This document shows, one piece after another, positions 27,331 through 40,276 of a DNA stretch of 64,000 nucleotides. The translations under genes were made by a program, and so were the position numbers. The DNA lies in assembly GCA_015680685.1 (NCBI GenBank), contig MNCI01000952.1:494963-558962 (forward strand), given 5' to 3'. Positions within the stretch are counted from its first letter, which is position 1; every line of letters starts with the position of its first letter. Source of the DNA: Gnetum montanum (Eukaryota; Plantae; Gnetophyta). The notes under the pieces are model-generated. The model saw only the letters and a list, made by a program, of their open reading frames with translations. It had not been told where the DNA came from and did not search any database.

Positions 27331-28828
27331 TGGACAAGCACATTCTATCTTGCAGATCTCCTCCTTCCAACGTAGTCATGGGAGAGATGGCCACCCATGT
27401 TAAGATTTTGTGATGGTTACTCTATTTTTCAACCTTTTTTTTACATTGTTCCTTCTAAGTGTTTCAATTTTCTTGAATATTTTGCATTTAATTTTGTATA
27501 TTTATTTTTATTAACTTCCCTTATGTATTTTTTTCTTATTTTTTTGTTCATCAAGAATCTTGCACTTCTTCCATAAGTTGCGACTACTACTGGAAATTAA
27601 TTTCATACTATATTTCATGTTTGTATTGATTATTCAATGACTTGTTTTCACCTTAGGATTGTGTCATTGATTACTGGAGCATTAATTTTATTATGGTATT
27701 AAGTAGTGAGTTCACATAATCCATCCATTCCACTAAATTCTATGGGATTTTTTCATTTTAGAAGCATGAGGTCCTTTCATAATTGCAAATTAAAAAGAAT
27801 CAATGATCTTGGTACTTAACAGACTTAGAAGGAATCAAGTGGAATGGACAAGGGTGTGACTTCAAAGGGATTTTTCACCATCTATACCTCACTTCCTTCT
27901 TGATTTTTATGGGTATTCTCATTAGTCTCTCATCACTTCTATTGTTGACCAATAACAGGAAGCATGCCTTTGCATGGTGTGGTTCCCATGAAAAAAAAAA
28001 ATCAGCACATGGTAATCCAAAGCACACTCCTTAGATACAATAATGAGCTACAAGAATTAATTATGGGGCTGGAAAGACATGTTACCCATGCCTAAAGGAA
28101 TCCCTTTAACTAAGGTCCTTCCTATCTTATTACTTCTCTTTTCTTCTCTAACTTGGAGTGGTGGTTGTCTTGAGGGGGTGGTCATGAACTCTTGTTGGCT
28201 ACATAGTCAGAATATGGTAATGTGAAGTCTTTGAATGTGGGAGGACTTGGTTTCAACCATTAATTAGATAGTATCTTGTCATCTTAAACATAAGTTCTAG
28301 AAGGACTTCAGGTAACTGAGATGCAAAACTTTGTTTTAACTCTCTCTTTTCTATCCCTTTGTTGTCATCAACCATCTCACTACCTCCTATCATGATTAGT
28401 TAATGTGTCTATTTTTGTCTATCATAACCTTTTGATGATCTCTTTCGTGGATTTGATTTTTAACTGCCTATGATCATTAATCATCCTTGATGTCTACAAA
28501 CTCCTTGCTACAAGGGCATGCATAGACATTAATGTCATGAGCCTACTTTGAGAAGGATCCACTTGCATATCTCTTGGTCTTATTTTAGTTAAACTTCCTA
28601 TCCCTTGGTTATTTTTCAATCAATCCCATCATTTCATCTTATAAAACATCCTATTTTGCAACATTTCAGCATCCTCATTTTTATCCAAATCTCCTTTTTT
28701 CATCATATCTAATACACTCTTCCATGTTTTTGTCATCCTTATTTTCTTTTTTAGCTTCTTTTAGACTCTTTTATCATCCTAAAACTCTTCCAAAATATTT
28801 CATTTTTAAATGGGAAAAATTGCTTAAA

Positions 28829-28880
28829 ATAGCTACATCAATGCATCCTTGTTGATGCAGCTAAAAAACAGTATAAATAC
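28829..28880 (+). promoter_or_regulatory. Putative internal promoter of B ORF2
   Basis: CATCAATGCA..TGTTGATGCAGC motifs like those in the B LTR U3, followed by TATAAATA at 28872. Confidence 0.5.
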
Positions 28881-29309
28881 ACGTAAAATGTGGTCATTTC
28901 CCTACCATTTTTCTTCAAATAAGAGAGATTTTTTTGCAATTTTTAAAGCCTAGAGACCTTCTAAGTACTCTAACTTGCAAATTTCTTATTCATTTCATCT
29001 TGTTCTTTGATCCTCGAGCTACCAATGGTAAACATTACGTTGTGAAGGTCACAAACCTTTGGTTTATGATAGAAAATTTTTCAAGAATTTTCTAAGTTTC
29101 CAAGGTTTACCTATTAAAATAATATTAAAATATTCATCCTAGATAGGGTTAAACCTTACAAAAAAAAGTTTGGTAGCTGATTAATAAAATAATAAAGTTA
29201 CTATGATAACTAACAAACCTAAGTGTAACTCGATCCAATGAGAAAGGTACCAAAAGGACTTAGGGTTATAAACTAAAATGCTAATCTAGGGTTACATTTA
29301 TGATCATAG

Positions 29310-32160
29310 ATCACACCAAAGAAGGGAGCACCAATAGTGGGACCTTCCCAACTGAGGGAGAAGTAGCCATGAGGAGGAAGGGGCTAGTAACAACCAAAAT
29401 AGCCCTAGGAACAAGAGGCCAAAGCTACACATGCAACAAGACCTCTTCAAAAGGAGCTTGAAGTGGAATTTTTTCGACCAATTTTGTTTGCCAAAGCTAG
29501 CCAATCTAGGTAGGATGAGGATCCAAGACTAAGATCTAACCTTGAGGTCACATTAATGGAGGCCTACCTAGAGAAGATTTGAACCAAGGAGGCTTAGAGT
29601 TTAGTTCTCTAGGAATTGAACTTTGAACCCTTTTTAGGATTGACATAAGAGGAAGTATACACTTAATTATAGGGGTCTCCAATGTGGCCCATTCTCTCCT
29701 ACCATGTAGAATGGTACATGGGGAAGACCTACCTATTCTGGAACAATTGACAAGGATATGCATCTATTAAGATTAAAGAAATTATAGTCTTCTACTCGGT
29801 TGAAGCCATTGCGAAGGTCCTTGGTTTGCCTGACACTAGGGCAATATTTGTAAGAAGTATGGACCTAGGTAGATTTAGAAGTTAAGAAAGAGTGGATCTA
29901 GTATTGCTATGGAGCTGATTGTAAGTAGTACGATGTACTCACAAAGGTAGAGCATATCTATTTCAAGATTATAGCTTATTAGCTAAACCCATGGTGAGGC
30001 CAAGCAAGGTTATAGCCTTCTCCACCCATGCATGTGCTACTCTAAGTAGTAAGTTTCTTGTCAACCTTTTATAGCTTATTTATCTCAAGATAGAGAAGCT
30101 CTTTAAGTAAAATGAAAAAGGAAAGAAGACACTCCCCTTTCCATGTTTCATTAGAAAACTTTGCAAAATAGAAGGCATAGTGCACTATGCCAATGATGTA
30201 GTTCATCATGCTCCTATTGCATCTTGGCAAGAGATGATGAAGTATAAGGTAGCAGGGAAGCTACAGGAAGAGGAGAGGCCACCACCATGATCACTTATAG
30301 GAGAAACCATCCTAAAGGTGTTTGTAATTATAGAAAGGCTCTAGAAAATATATGAGTGGTAGTTGCAATAATAGTAGGGTTTAGTAGGTGGTGGGGAACC
30401 ATCAGTTTACCATCTAGCACTTAACCATCTAAACAAAGTCACAAGGACTATCAGTTGACTAGAGGAAACTACCCCACTATTCTCCACACAAAGAAATTAG
30501 GTGTTTGCTAGAAAAAATTCTAGCACTCAGGAAGTTATAGTGTCCATCCATGGATAGGAGTTTCTTGAAATTTTTGGGAATGCCAAAACTTTCTTAGTGT
30601 GCCTGGAGGAAGGTGAGGGGGCACCTATCCTAGTGATGCCACACTAAGAATAAGAAATAGTGATAGAGGTGGTGGTCAATAGGGTTTGTAGAAACCCTAA
30701 ATGGTTCTATAACATCTATCCTAGACATAACTATAATGACACATATTCAAACATTAGTAGGAGAAAAAAGTGATCAGTTGAGTGCAACCCAACATGAAGA
30801 AGTGTTGGCAAGACCAATTAGATCCAGGAAACTACTTCTAGAGATCTTTTGATCTCTTGGATGAAATAACAACAACCTAGTCAAAGCTGCTAGAGATGAA
30901 GAGCAAATTTCTCATTGCCAACGTCCAACTAAAGACACCCACCATAGAAAACTAATGGTTGGCTATTGAAGTTATAAAGTTGCAGGTCCATCTCTTCGAC
31001 CCCATCATTTTCAACCCAGAGCTCATAAAAGATGAAGCTTTCCAACAACTTTAGCACAAAATAAGGGAGATTAAGAATATAAATAAGGCAATGATCTTTG
31101 ACATGTCTTTGTTGGAAGCCATGACCTTTAACACCAAAAAGAACTTGTTAGAAGTTCTCAAAAAAACTTGGTTCTCACCAAGGATATCCATTGCCTGCAT
31201 AATATCAAACAAAAAAAAGGCTAGATGGTCAAATTTGTTTAATAGTAGCAAGAGTAGCAAGTGAAGGTGAACCTTGATTTAAGAAGGTTGGTAGTAGAAA
31301 ATCAAAATCTCTCAATGGAGGAAGTTTAAGTGATTCTTCAAAAAATAGTCATTGAGGTAGTCACTTGGAAAAATGAAGCCTTGAAATTTGAATGAGTTAA
31401 AAATCATTATAGGGACTAGGTTGAGATCCTTAAAGAGGTAAATGAAAAGAAAATTCAACTATCTAAGATAAAGATGAATGAGGCCCTTCAGCAACTCTAG
31501 TAAAGAGGTGATGTGTGGTAGCTAATATTTGATGGCCTAAATGCATATAACAAAGCCAAAATTTGATTGAAGAGTTGCAAATCAAGGAGATGATAGAATA
31601 CATTGATCTTGTTAACCTTTGATATGCAAACTTGGCTATGTTGACATCGAGAAGGCTAAGAACAAAATTTGAAAAGTAGGTGGCTAATTCCTACCTCTTA
31701 TACAAGGTAGAATTCAAGCACCATAAGGAAACCAAGTAGCAATTGGAGATAACCAACACAAAGCTTGAAGTTCTTAGAAGAAAATTTGCTAACCAACGAT
31801 CTATTGTTGAGAACCTGGCTAGGACAATGAATGACTACCACAAGTTGTAGAACTTAGTAAAGACATTTGACATCAAACATAAACAATTTGTAGCTTGATT
31901 CATCAATGCCAAGTAAATGTTCCCAACGATCCTATGCCCATGGGATATCCTTATGCCAACCCATATTGGTGATGCTGTGTGGATTGTGTATGACCCACAC
32001 AATTGAAAAGATGAGATGAAAGCATTACTAGATGCTTTTAGGCTTTCTTTAGTAGTTGTAGCAATAGTAGGTTGACCTCAACCACCTCCTTTGTCACAAG
32101 CGTTGGATCCTAGTGAAGGACCTTCAGTGTCCTAGGAGCCTCCACCTCCTAGAACTATTT
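29310..32160 (+). pseudogene. Element B second (env-like/Athila ORF2-type) ORF: Transposase_32-like N-domain plus long coiled-coil, disrupted
   Basis: IKIKEIIVFYSVEAIAKVLGLP (~29767), LPFPCFIRKLCKIEGI (~30132), W*LIFDGL (~31516), ILCPWDILMPTHIGDAVWIVYDP (~31929). Colinear with A ORF2. Confidence 0.7.
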
Positions 32161-32398
32161 GAGAATTTGTCCTATCTTCAGTAACTAAAATAGACTTGCT
32201 AAAATTTTTGTAAAAGTGTCCAATTTTGTTGTCATTGACACCAATTTTATAATATTGTAAAATTTTACACTCAAAGTTAGTTAATTAGTTAGTTTATTAT
32301 TTTTTAGTTAATAAATTTCATATTTTTCTAATTTTTGTAAAAAGATCAATCCTACTTTTGCTCACTTGAGGATGATTTTTTAGTCAATTGTGAAGGTA

Positions 32399-33269
32399 TG
32401 ATGAAGCATCATAAATAGGTTGCATCGACAAGCATGCATCGATGCAGCCCCATCAATGCATGGTGTTGATGCAGATGTGTTGATAATGATGCAAGTGTAG
32501 CCTATATAAATGCATGCACCAACCACTTTTATGACATCTTGTGTCAATACCATGATGAAATCCTTATAGTTTTTCTTTCCTAGAGTTAGAATATTTTTCT
32601 TTGAGTATCCATAGTTTGAGTAAAAGAGATTGTACGAAACTTTATTTGAACACCATGTACCTAAATGCATTGGCATCAATGACAATAAAGTTGAGATTTC
32701 TAGCATTCATTATAGCACTTGGATTAGCTTAATCTTTCTTACTAGCTCTTTATTTTCCATGCATTTTATATTCTAAGTCATATATACTTTATGTAATTAA
32801 CCATGAATAGATAAGTATGACTATTTTGAGCATAAGGTATTGCACTTGGTAATCCTAGTAGTGGTCATTTCGTATGCCCAATAATAGCCACTTGGTAATC
32901 TAACAATATTTATATAAGTTTGGAATGTGTGTAGAAAGTAGGAACAACTAATTATGTCAGGGTAGTTAGCCTTTAGAATAGTTAGGTAGTTAAAAAAATT
33001 AAACATTAAATATTCATTTTTCCACATAGAACTTAAGATAAAAAATATATAAATTATAAATAAACAAATATCATATACCTTAACTCATATTTAACCATAC
33101 GCATAGAACACATAAGTGTGAGTTAGGAAGACAATGATCACATGACTCCTTGATTCACAATTTTTAACTATGAACAAACTTAGAAACTAAGTTTGCAAAA
33201 TTTGATTGGATTGCTAATACATGCTTGTGATTCACATGGTTAGGCATAGGGTATACTTGTTGCTCATCA
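32399..33269 (+). repeat. Element B 3' LTR
   Basis: Preceded by CTTGAGGATG..AGTCAATTGTGAAGGTA. TATATAAA at 32503. Confidence 0.9.
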
Positions 33270-33440
33270 CTAGTCATGTTCTACAAAATGCTAAGTTTCA
33301 AAATATATGGGAGAGATCTTATATCATCTATGCTACATACCAATTTGAAGCCATGCAAATCTATCACCCAACAAGCCCACAAAAACTTATCCTTGTCAAT
33401 ATTTGACAACGGAAACCATGTCATAACTTTCCTTCCTCTT
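33270..33440 (+). pseudogene. Element A integrase C-terminus
   Basis: HVLQNAKFQNIWERSYIIYATYQFEAMQIYHP..LILVNI (ORF 33221-33406), a GPY/F-region homolog. Confidence 0.8.
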
Positions 33441-35100
33441 GCAAAGATTCTACCATGATTGCAAAACCATTCATTACTCATTCAATCTTCCAAATATCCA
33501 CTTGTAATGATAGTCTAGGGGATGTCAAGTTTTACACCTAGATACTAAATCCTCTTTTCCAATTCTTGTTATATTTTTTTTGTTTCTTACCAAATTTTTA
33601 CATTCTTTAATATCTTTTTCCATTTCTTAACCATTTTTCATTCATTAACATCTTTTCTATTTTTATACATTTTTCTATTCTTACTCTTATTTTTGTTGAC
33701 TTTTCCAATAAAGTGTAAAGAAATAAAATAAGATGTAGTTCCAACAATGATAATTTCACCATATGTTATCAAATCATTAAAGGACTGATTATATGTGTAG
33801 TGACCACATCATCCATCCAATTATTTCGAATAATAAGAAGTTCTTACCATGGACATACTGACATTCATTTTACTTTAAAATTAAAATAAACATATGATCA
33901 TTATTTTTAGATAGAAAAGTAAAGAACCACGTAGGAATGAAAAGGGTGTGAAATCAATGATATTTGTAGATTTTCTAAAGTAGCTACTATGAGTCTTATC
34001 CTACTATTAAGTTTTATTATTCACTTGAGTTCTAACAAAAAATGGAAGTATGTTTAAAATAAGTGCTGCCTTACCATGTCACTGGAAAGACATGTTNTAA
34101 AATAAGTGCTGCCTTACCATGTCACTGGAAAGACATGTTACCCATGCCTGAAGGTAGTCCTTTGGTAAAGTTGACACATTAATAACATAATAAATGCTTA
34201 AAAATTTCAAGGTTTCTTAGACTCACATTAGTTATGGGGATAGAAAGACATGCTACCCATGCTTGAAGGTACTCCTTTTTTCTATGGCCAAGTCTTCTTT
34301 TTAAAAAAATTAAAGTGTGTTGTTAGTAAACTTCTTTCTTGAATTTCTTTGCCAAGTATTAGTACTCCTTGCAGTAGTGGTAGTCTTGTAGTTGTTAGTT
34401 TTGGGATAATGCAATGTGATGTCACTGGTAAGTGGTATCAACTTAGTTTTACCAGTGACATCAACTTAGTTTTGATCTTGGAAAAAAGGGCTAATGATTA
34501 CTTTAACCATACATCACACACAAAATTCATTATGCCTATGGTAAGATACCTTATGTTCCATTCTTTGCAATGCCTTTTACTTTCATTCCAACTTACTGCT
34601 ATATACAATCATAATTTAATGATTTTGCATAATATAGTGTTATTTTCTTATTAAGGAAATACCAACATGTGTGTTTTGGAAGACAAATATGTTTTACATT
34701 CAACTCCTTAAGTGCCTACACATACTTATGGGTGTGGTTATACAAGGGCACTAAGGGTTGGAGCTTGCTTTGGGGAGGATCCACTTGTATAAATCTTATG
34801 CTTCATCCTGATGACCAATTCCACATCATCTTGTACCTCTAGAACACTTAAATGATCATTGTTACTTTCCTATCTACTCATCTTCCATAATATATTTGTC
34901 AATTTTTACCAACCATCTCCTATAGACATCATTGACTTACGTTGCCTAAATTCTTTTCTTCACATACTTTTGAAGATAAATCCTTACATTTTGAACATCA
35001 TCCATGATCAAGAACCTTTTAGACCATCTTTATACCTTCTAGACTATATATTTCACCTAATTTTTCTATCGAAAATCTCTCAAAATATCAAAAATTTTCA

Positions 35101-35195
35101 AGATAACATCGTAGCTATAATGTATGATTCCTTGTGACATTGCATTGAAGATGTCATATCTATAATGTATCCCATATAAGCCCCTATATATACAT
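35101..35195 (+). promoter_or_regulatory. Putative internal promoter of A ORF2
   Basis: ATCGTAGCT and TCATATCTAT motifs shared with the A LTR U3 (38757-38780), then TATATATA at 35185. Confidence 0.5.
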
Positions 35196-35746
35196 GTGAG
35201 GAGTTGAAATTTTTTTTCATTCTTCTCATTTCATGCATAGGGAGTTCATGATGTTTTTTCTAACCCTCTGACACCCGAAATTCCAAGTTTCATAACTTTA
35301 CCATAGCTTCAAATTATGTGATTCATGAATCCTCTTGATCATGGAGTGACCAACTCAGTCATGGGGAAGAGTGTTGTGCGTAATTTGTATGATTAGCATC
35401 AAAATTTTCTAACACCTAGAAGAACATATTAAGGGTAAGAACAATAAGAATTGATTATATTCTAAATAAATAACCAAATAAAGGCTAATGAACTTAACAA
35501 TCTTTTCCTATTAACCATTCAAATACATGTAAAATAAGAAATTAACCATTGTGAGAGGTTATGAAAAACAAAAACACTAAGAATACAACAATTAAGGATT
35601 TCTTTTCAAAATTTTCAAAATTTTTCTAAAAAGTAATAAGAAGAATGGATTTTGATCAAATCCAAGAATCTAAGAGAGAATTATAAATCATTAGAAACTT
35701 ATTTGAAATCCTTGGGTAATTTTAAATAGATTCTTTATGATTGGAG

Positions 35747-38510
35747 ATGGATCCTAAAAGACCCGTAGCGAAAGGACCCTCACAACAAAGGGGCAAGAGA
35801 CCTACAGGAAGAGGACAAGCTAGAGAACAAACTCCACAATTTGAATAAGAGTCCTAATCCTATAGTATCCATCATCCTACACCTGCAATGGAAAAATCTA
35901 TGCAAGCTGAAGCTAAGGTACCACCTACTTAAGAATAAGGACAACACCTCATGCTATTGAATGAGTGCCTCCAAGCCATTTAAGAAAAGTCCATCATGTC
36001 CACAATCATTGTGGAATTCAACTTTGGATCATTTATAGAGTTTTCTCTTGTTGTGTTCAAGAGAAACTCCAAGCGTATCCTATTTAGCCCATACTATCAT
36101 GCAATGGTGAACGGTATCTAGAGAAAGTAGATCAATTTTGAAAAAATAACTAGGATGATGCTACTATTAAGATTGAAGGAATCATAGTGCCATATTTAGT
36201 AGAGGTAATAGCTAAGGCATTGAATCTTCCCAATGTCAAAGCCAAAATTGCATAAATATCTACAAGTTCTAAGACATATGCAAAGAAGTTATGGGTATGA
36301 AGGGCTTACAGAACAACTAAGAAGTAATAAAATGGATTGTCTATTGTAGAGAAGATTTATTTCAAATTTGGAACCTATCACATCTTCCCAACTAAAAGAT
36401 TGAATAGAACGTCCACCTATGCTACTAGAGGAAGCACCATCCTCATGGGAAAATTCCAAGAAAACATGGATCATTTATTATTTTTGGAAATCCAAATGAG
36501 ATTTAAGGAAAGAAGGTAAAGAGACTCACATTACAATTCTCTTGCCTTATTAGAAGATTGTGCAGATAAGTAGGAATTCTAGGATATACTAGTGATGTTC
36601 CTCAAAAAGCCCAGAATGCATCCTATGTTACGATCTCAAAGCTAGTGGCTTCCAAGAAAGATCAACTGGAGAAGCCATTGGGCATTGAGGGAGTTGTAGG
36701 ATATACACCAACAAAAAATGTCCTACCATTAGGATTAGAGTAAGTAGGACCTAGTGAGTCAACATTAGTTGGTGATAAACCAAGACTAAGCACTCCACTA
36801 GCATAGTAAGATCATAGACCCTCCATGAGTCACTTGAAGCAAATTTTTAAAACTATAAGCTAGGAAAATATAGAGGTCTTTAGTATGTATCAAGTAAGAG
36901 ATAATCCAAGAAGGTCTGCAGTATCAATAGGACCCGCTAGTTGTGAAATTTTATTATAGGTAGGAAAAGATGAGGATTGGACACAATGGATATATGGAAA
37001 CACTGCATCCTTTCAAGTCATGTTTGAAATAGGAGAAGGATCCACAATGGTGGTTATGTGACATTAGAATGTAGTAGGAGTAGTAGAGATTCTCATAGAT
37101 CATATCAAAGAATCCTTTAATATTTCTGTTGTGTAACCAATAGATATAACTAGAGCCAAGGATGTTGAAAATATAGCCAAAATATCCATGCTTCCATAAG
37201 AACATGAAGACATTTTAGATCGATTGTTGTAGAATAGGCTAGTGATGCAGAATATTTTTGATATCCCTATTGATATCACAACAGTGCAATTTGAACTCAT
37301 TTCAACTAAGGGCAAGTTGATGATAGTAGAGACTAGGGCATAACACACAAAGAATGAAGTGTAGAGGCTATAAGAAAAATCAGCTGCATTGAAAGCAGAG
37401 AGACAAGACCCTACATGACACATTATGCTAGACCAGCTATAGCAATTCAAAACCAAATAGATAAGCCAAATAATAGCTAGAAATATCCAAACAGAGATGG
37501 AGATGGAAAAGGCAACATGGAATGCCTTAGTGGTAGAAGCACAAACTTATGCTTATGCTAAAGCCTTAACTACCATAAAGGAAAAAAAATAAAGGAATTA
37601 CTACTGAAAACATGAGGTTGATAGACATTGAAAAGTAAAAGAATGTCCTAGAAGAAAGAATTCATTAATTGAATAAGAAGTTTGTCAGAGTCAACCTTGA
37701 TATGAGAAAATTAGCTAAAGAGAATAAGACCTTGTCAATGAAAGAGTTCACAAATATAATAAAATTTAGCTATTGAAATTAGCACATCGCAGAATGAGAC
37801 TAAGAAACAGGAATGACTAAAAGAACATATTTGAGATTAAGTGGGCATGCACATGTAAATAAATGAGAAGGAAATCTAGATAACCAAGGCAAAGATCAGC
37901 TCAATCATAACATAAAAATTTGATTGGTAGCTAATCTTGGATGGTCTTTCCCACGTACATTAAGCTAAAATCAAGAATAAAGACTAGTAGATAGAGGATC
38001 TAATAGAGTACATGGGATTAGCAAACCTTTGTTATGCTAATCTGGTTATGTTAACAATAGGTAGGCCTGGAACCAAACTGGAGCAACAAGTGATCATAGT
38101 ATATGCACTATATGAGAAGGAGTTCACACATAGAAAGTATGCAGAATAGAAGCTACACATTACAAACTTCGAGTTCTAGGTGATTAAAGCTAGTTACCAG
38201 GACTAAAACGATGACTAGCAAATCTCACTAGGAGAATGAGAAAGATAGCTGAAGCATTTGAAGAAGAAAGAGATAGTTCATAGCTTGGTATGTGAAGATC
38301 AACAGAATGTTTTGACAGCTATCATGTTTATGGGAAGTATTGACTCCAACAAACATCGTTGAATTTGCCTAGACAGTACATGATCCAAGATCTAAAGAGG
38401 AGAAACTTTGGGCATTACTTAACAAATATAAATTTCAAAAGCCCAATGATAAAAAATAATAAGTTGATGGAGGAGCCACAACCACCTAGAACATAAAGGA
38501 TACATAAAGC
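35747..38510 (+). pseudogene. Element A second (env-like/ORF2-type) ORF, disrupted
   Basis: Starts MDPKRPVAKGPS after an acceptor-like TTGGAG. IKIEGIIVPYLVEVIAKALNLP (~36166), LQFSCLIRRLCR (~36531), CYANLVMLT (~38030), LSCLWEVLTPTNIVEFA*TVHDP (~38319). Confidence 0.7.
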
Positions 38511-38724
38511 TTTAATGATATATTTTTTTTCAAATGTGTCAATCATGTGATGCATGATGATTTTGTAAACATCACTTGAACCATAATGCAACATTCATAC
38601 TAGAGTTGGTTATGTAAATAAGTCATAGTATCCAAGTCTACTTATAATACCACAAATTTTATAAGGAACTCCATCCTCCTTTTATTTTAACTTGAGGATG
38701 AGTTTCTAGTCAGTCGTGGAGGTA

Positions 38725-39613
38725 TGATAAGACCTTTGTCTTTGTAAGGTATAATATCATATCTATGATATCGTAGCTCTACATATGTCATTGTTGATGC
38801 AATATAGTGGGCCATGATCATGCTTATACATATCAATCCATTGTTGTATTAGAAATAACTTTTGCCAACACTTAGCTAAATTCTTGCAGTTTATTTTCAT
38901 AACTTAGATGTAGCGATAGAGGGAATGCCCATAGTGCGGTGTTTAAAAATTGTATGAAATCTTTGTTCAAGTGGATTATTCTTGGGCACAATTCATGACT
39001 AGAAATAAAAATTGAGATTTTTTATTACCATTACAACATCTCACTTAGCTTAATTTTTAAAAATTCTTATTTTATCTTTTAGCATGTTTACTTATGTTAC
39101 TTACACTTTCTAAGTACTTTACTTTTTCAATGTCTTTTAGTGAGGTGATACAAGTATGACTAGTTTTGAGCATGAAGTGTAATTGTTTGGTAATCTAGGA
39201 GTGAGTTCACTTAATTCACTTAGTAGGGAATTCACTTGGTAATTCTAGTGATGATTATTGTGAGTCCTTGACATGTACAATAGGCCAGGAATAGATACTT
39301 ATCGCCATAGGCTAGATTAGATTTACATTTCTATCATACTTAGACTTAGATTTTATCCTTAGACTTTATCTTCACTATAATTATGTTGGCAATTAGGATA
39401 ATTAAAGCTAAACAACATCAACATATCATATGCCTAACCGAGAGTTAAATCATACAACTTGCACTTTGCTAACTCAACGTAAGAAGACAATGATCATGAA
39501 CTAAACATCAACTACTAGCATACTTATATTGTCCATCCATGGATTACAATCATGTTGCACATGTATACTTGTGACTTATATGGTTGAGTGTTGAAATACC
39601 CAATTGTTCATCA
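38725..39613 (+). repeat. Element A 3' LTR
   Basis: Direct repeat of 6557-7435, preceded by CTTGAGGATG..AGTCGTGGAGGTA. Confidence 0.92.
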
Positions 39614-40276
39614 CTTATTTTTTTTATTTTTTTCAAGTGTTATTATTGTAATGATCGAAAACATTGGTGGCTAGAATCACCAAGGGGTCAATAGACGCAC
39701 AACCTTAACCCCACCGCCGTGTAAGGGCCTTGCTAGAAACAGAGGTAGAGCATCCTAGATGGTCTTGTTGATTAAATAGGAACTTTGCTAGTTGCAACCA
39801 GGGTAGTGGATGCAACTGGGAAGTGGTGTGGTTAGTCGAAATGCAAATGTAAATAATACATAGTATAGCATGACGACATGTAAAAAAAGGTGTGGAAAGA
39901 TGTAAGAAAAATGCAAGAAAATGCTAGAAATGGGAGAGAGAAATGGAACACTACCCCAAATGGGAGTGTAGTTAACTCCAAAAGGATCTTAGAAGGTACA
40001 CAATGTACAATAGGCACAGTGGAAGCATAGTCATAGTCTCGATGGTGTCGGGCCGTGAAGTCTGGTGCTCGCCGTGATGAACTGTGCCTACTAGGATGGC
40101 TGTAATGGTGTACCATGCAGTGTTCTACAAGGTTGCAATAGGGCTGTAGTGGGTTGTGATGTGTAACTTTGTCTCTCTACTAGTGTGGTGTGCTCTAGGT
40201 CTCATTTGCCTAAAGATGCTAAGTGCCAAGATGTCAAAATGCCAAATGCCAAGTGCTTAAAAAGGCTCATGTTCAA

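Larger units (their letters stand above)
14487..33269 (+). mobile_element. Element B: full-length degenerate Athila-like LTR retrotransposon nested in the integrase of A
   Basis: LTRs 14487-15315 and 32399-33269 (TGATGAAGC...CTCATCA). Perfect TSD CTAGT at 14482-14486 and 33270-33274. The host frame rejoins as YNPS|HVLQNAKFQNIWERSY. Confidence 0.93.
6557..39613 (+). mobile_element. Element A: full-length degenerate Athila-like Ty3/gypsy LTR retrotransposon carrying nested insertions
   Basis: Matching LTRs 6557-7435 and 38725-39613 (TGATAA...CATCA). Near-TSD CTTAG/CTTAT. Athila-type PBS. gag-PR-RT-RH-IN order plus a 3' second ORF. Confidence 0.92.

Noticed and set aside
28071-28098. Hammerhead ribozyme reading of GAAA...CTGA-like words
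   Set aside because: There is only one hairpin between GAAA and CTGA, no CUGANGA and no NUH junction. The topology does not fit a hammerhead.
34055-34139. Perfect 42-bp tandem duplication, which would give a third copy of the hairpin motif in A
   Set aside because: The copies are separated by a single N (34097), typical of an unmerged contig overlap.
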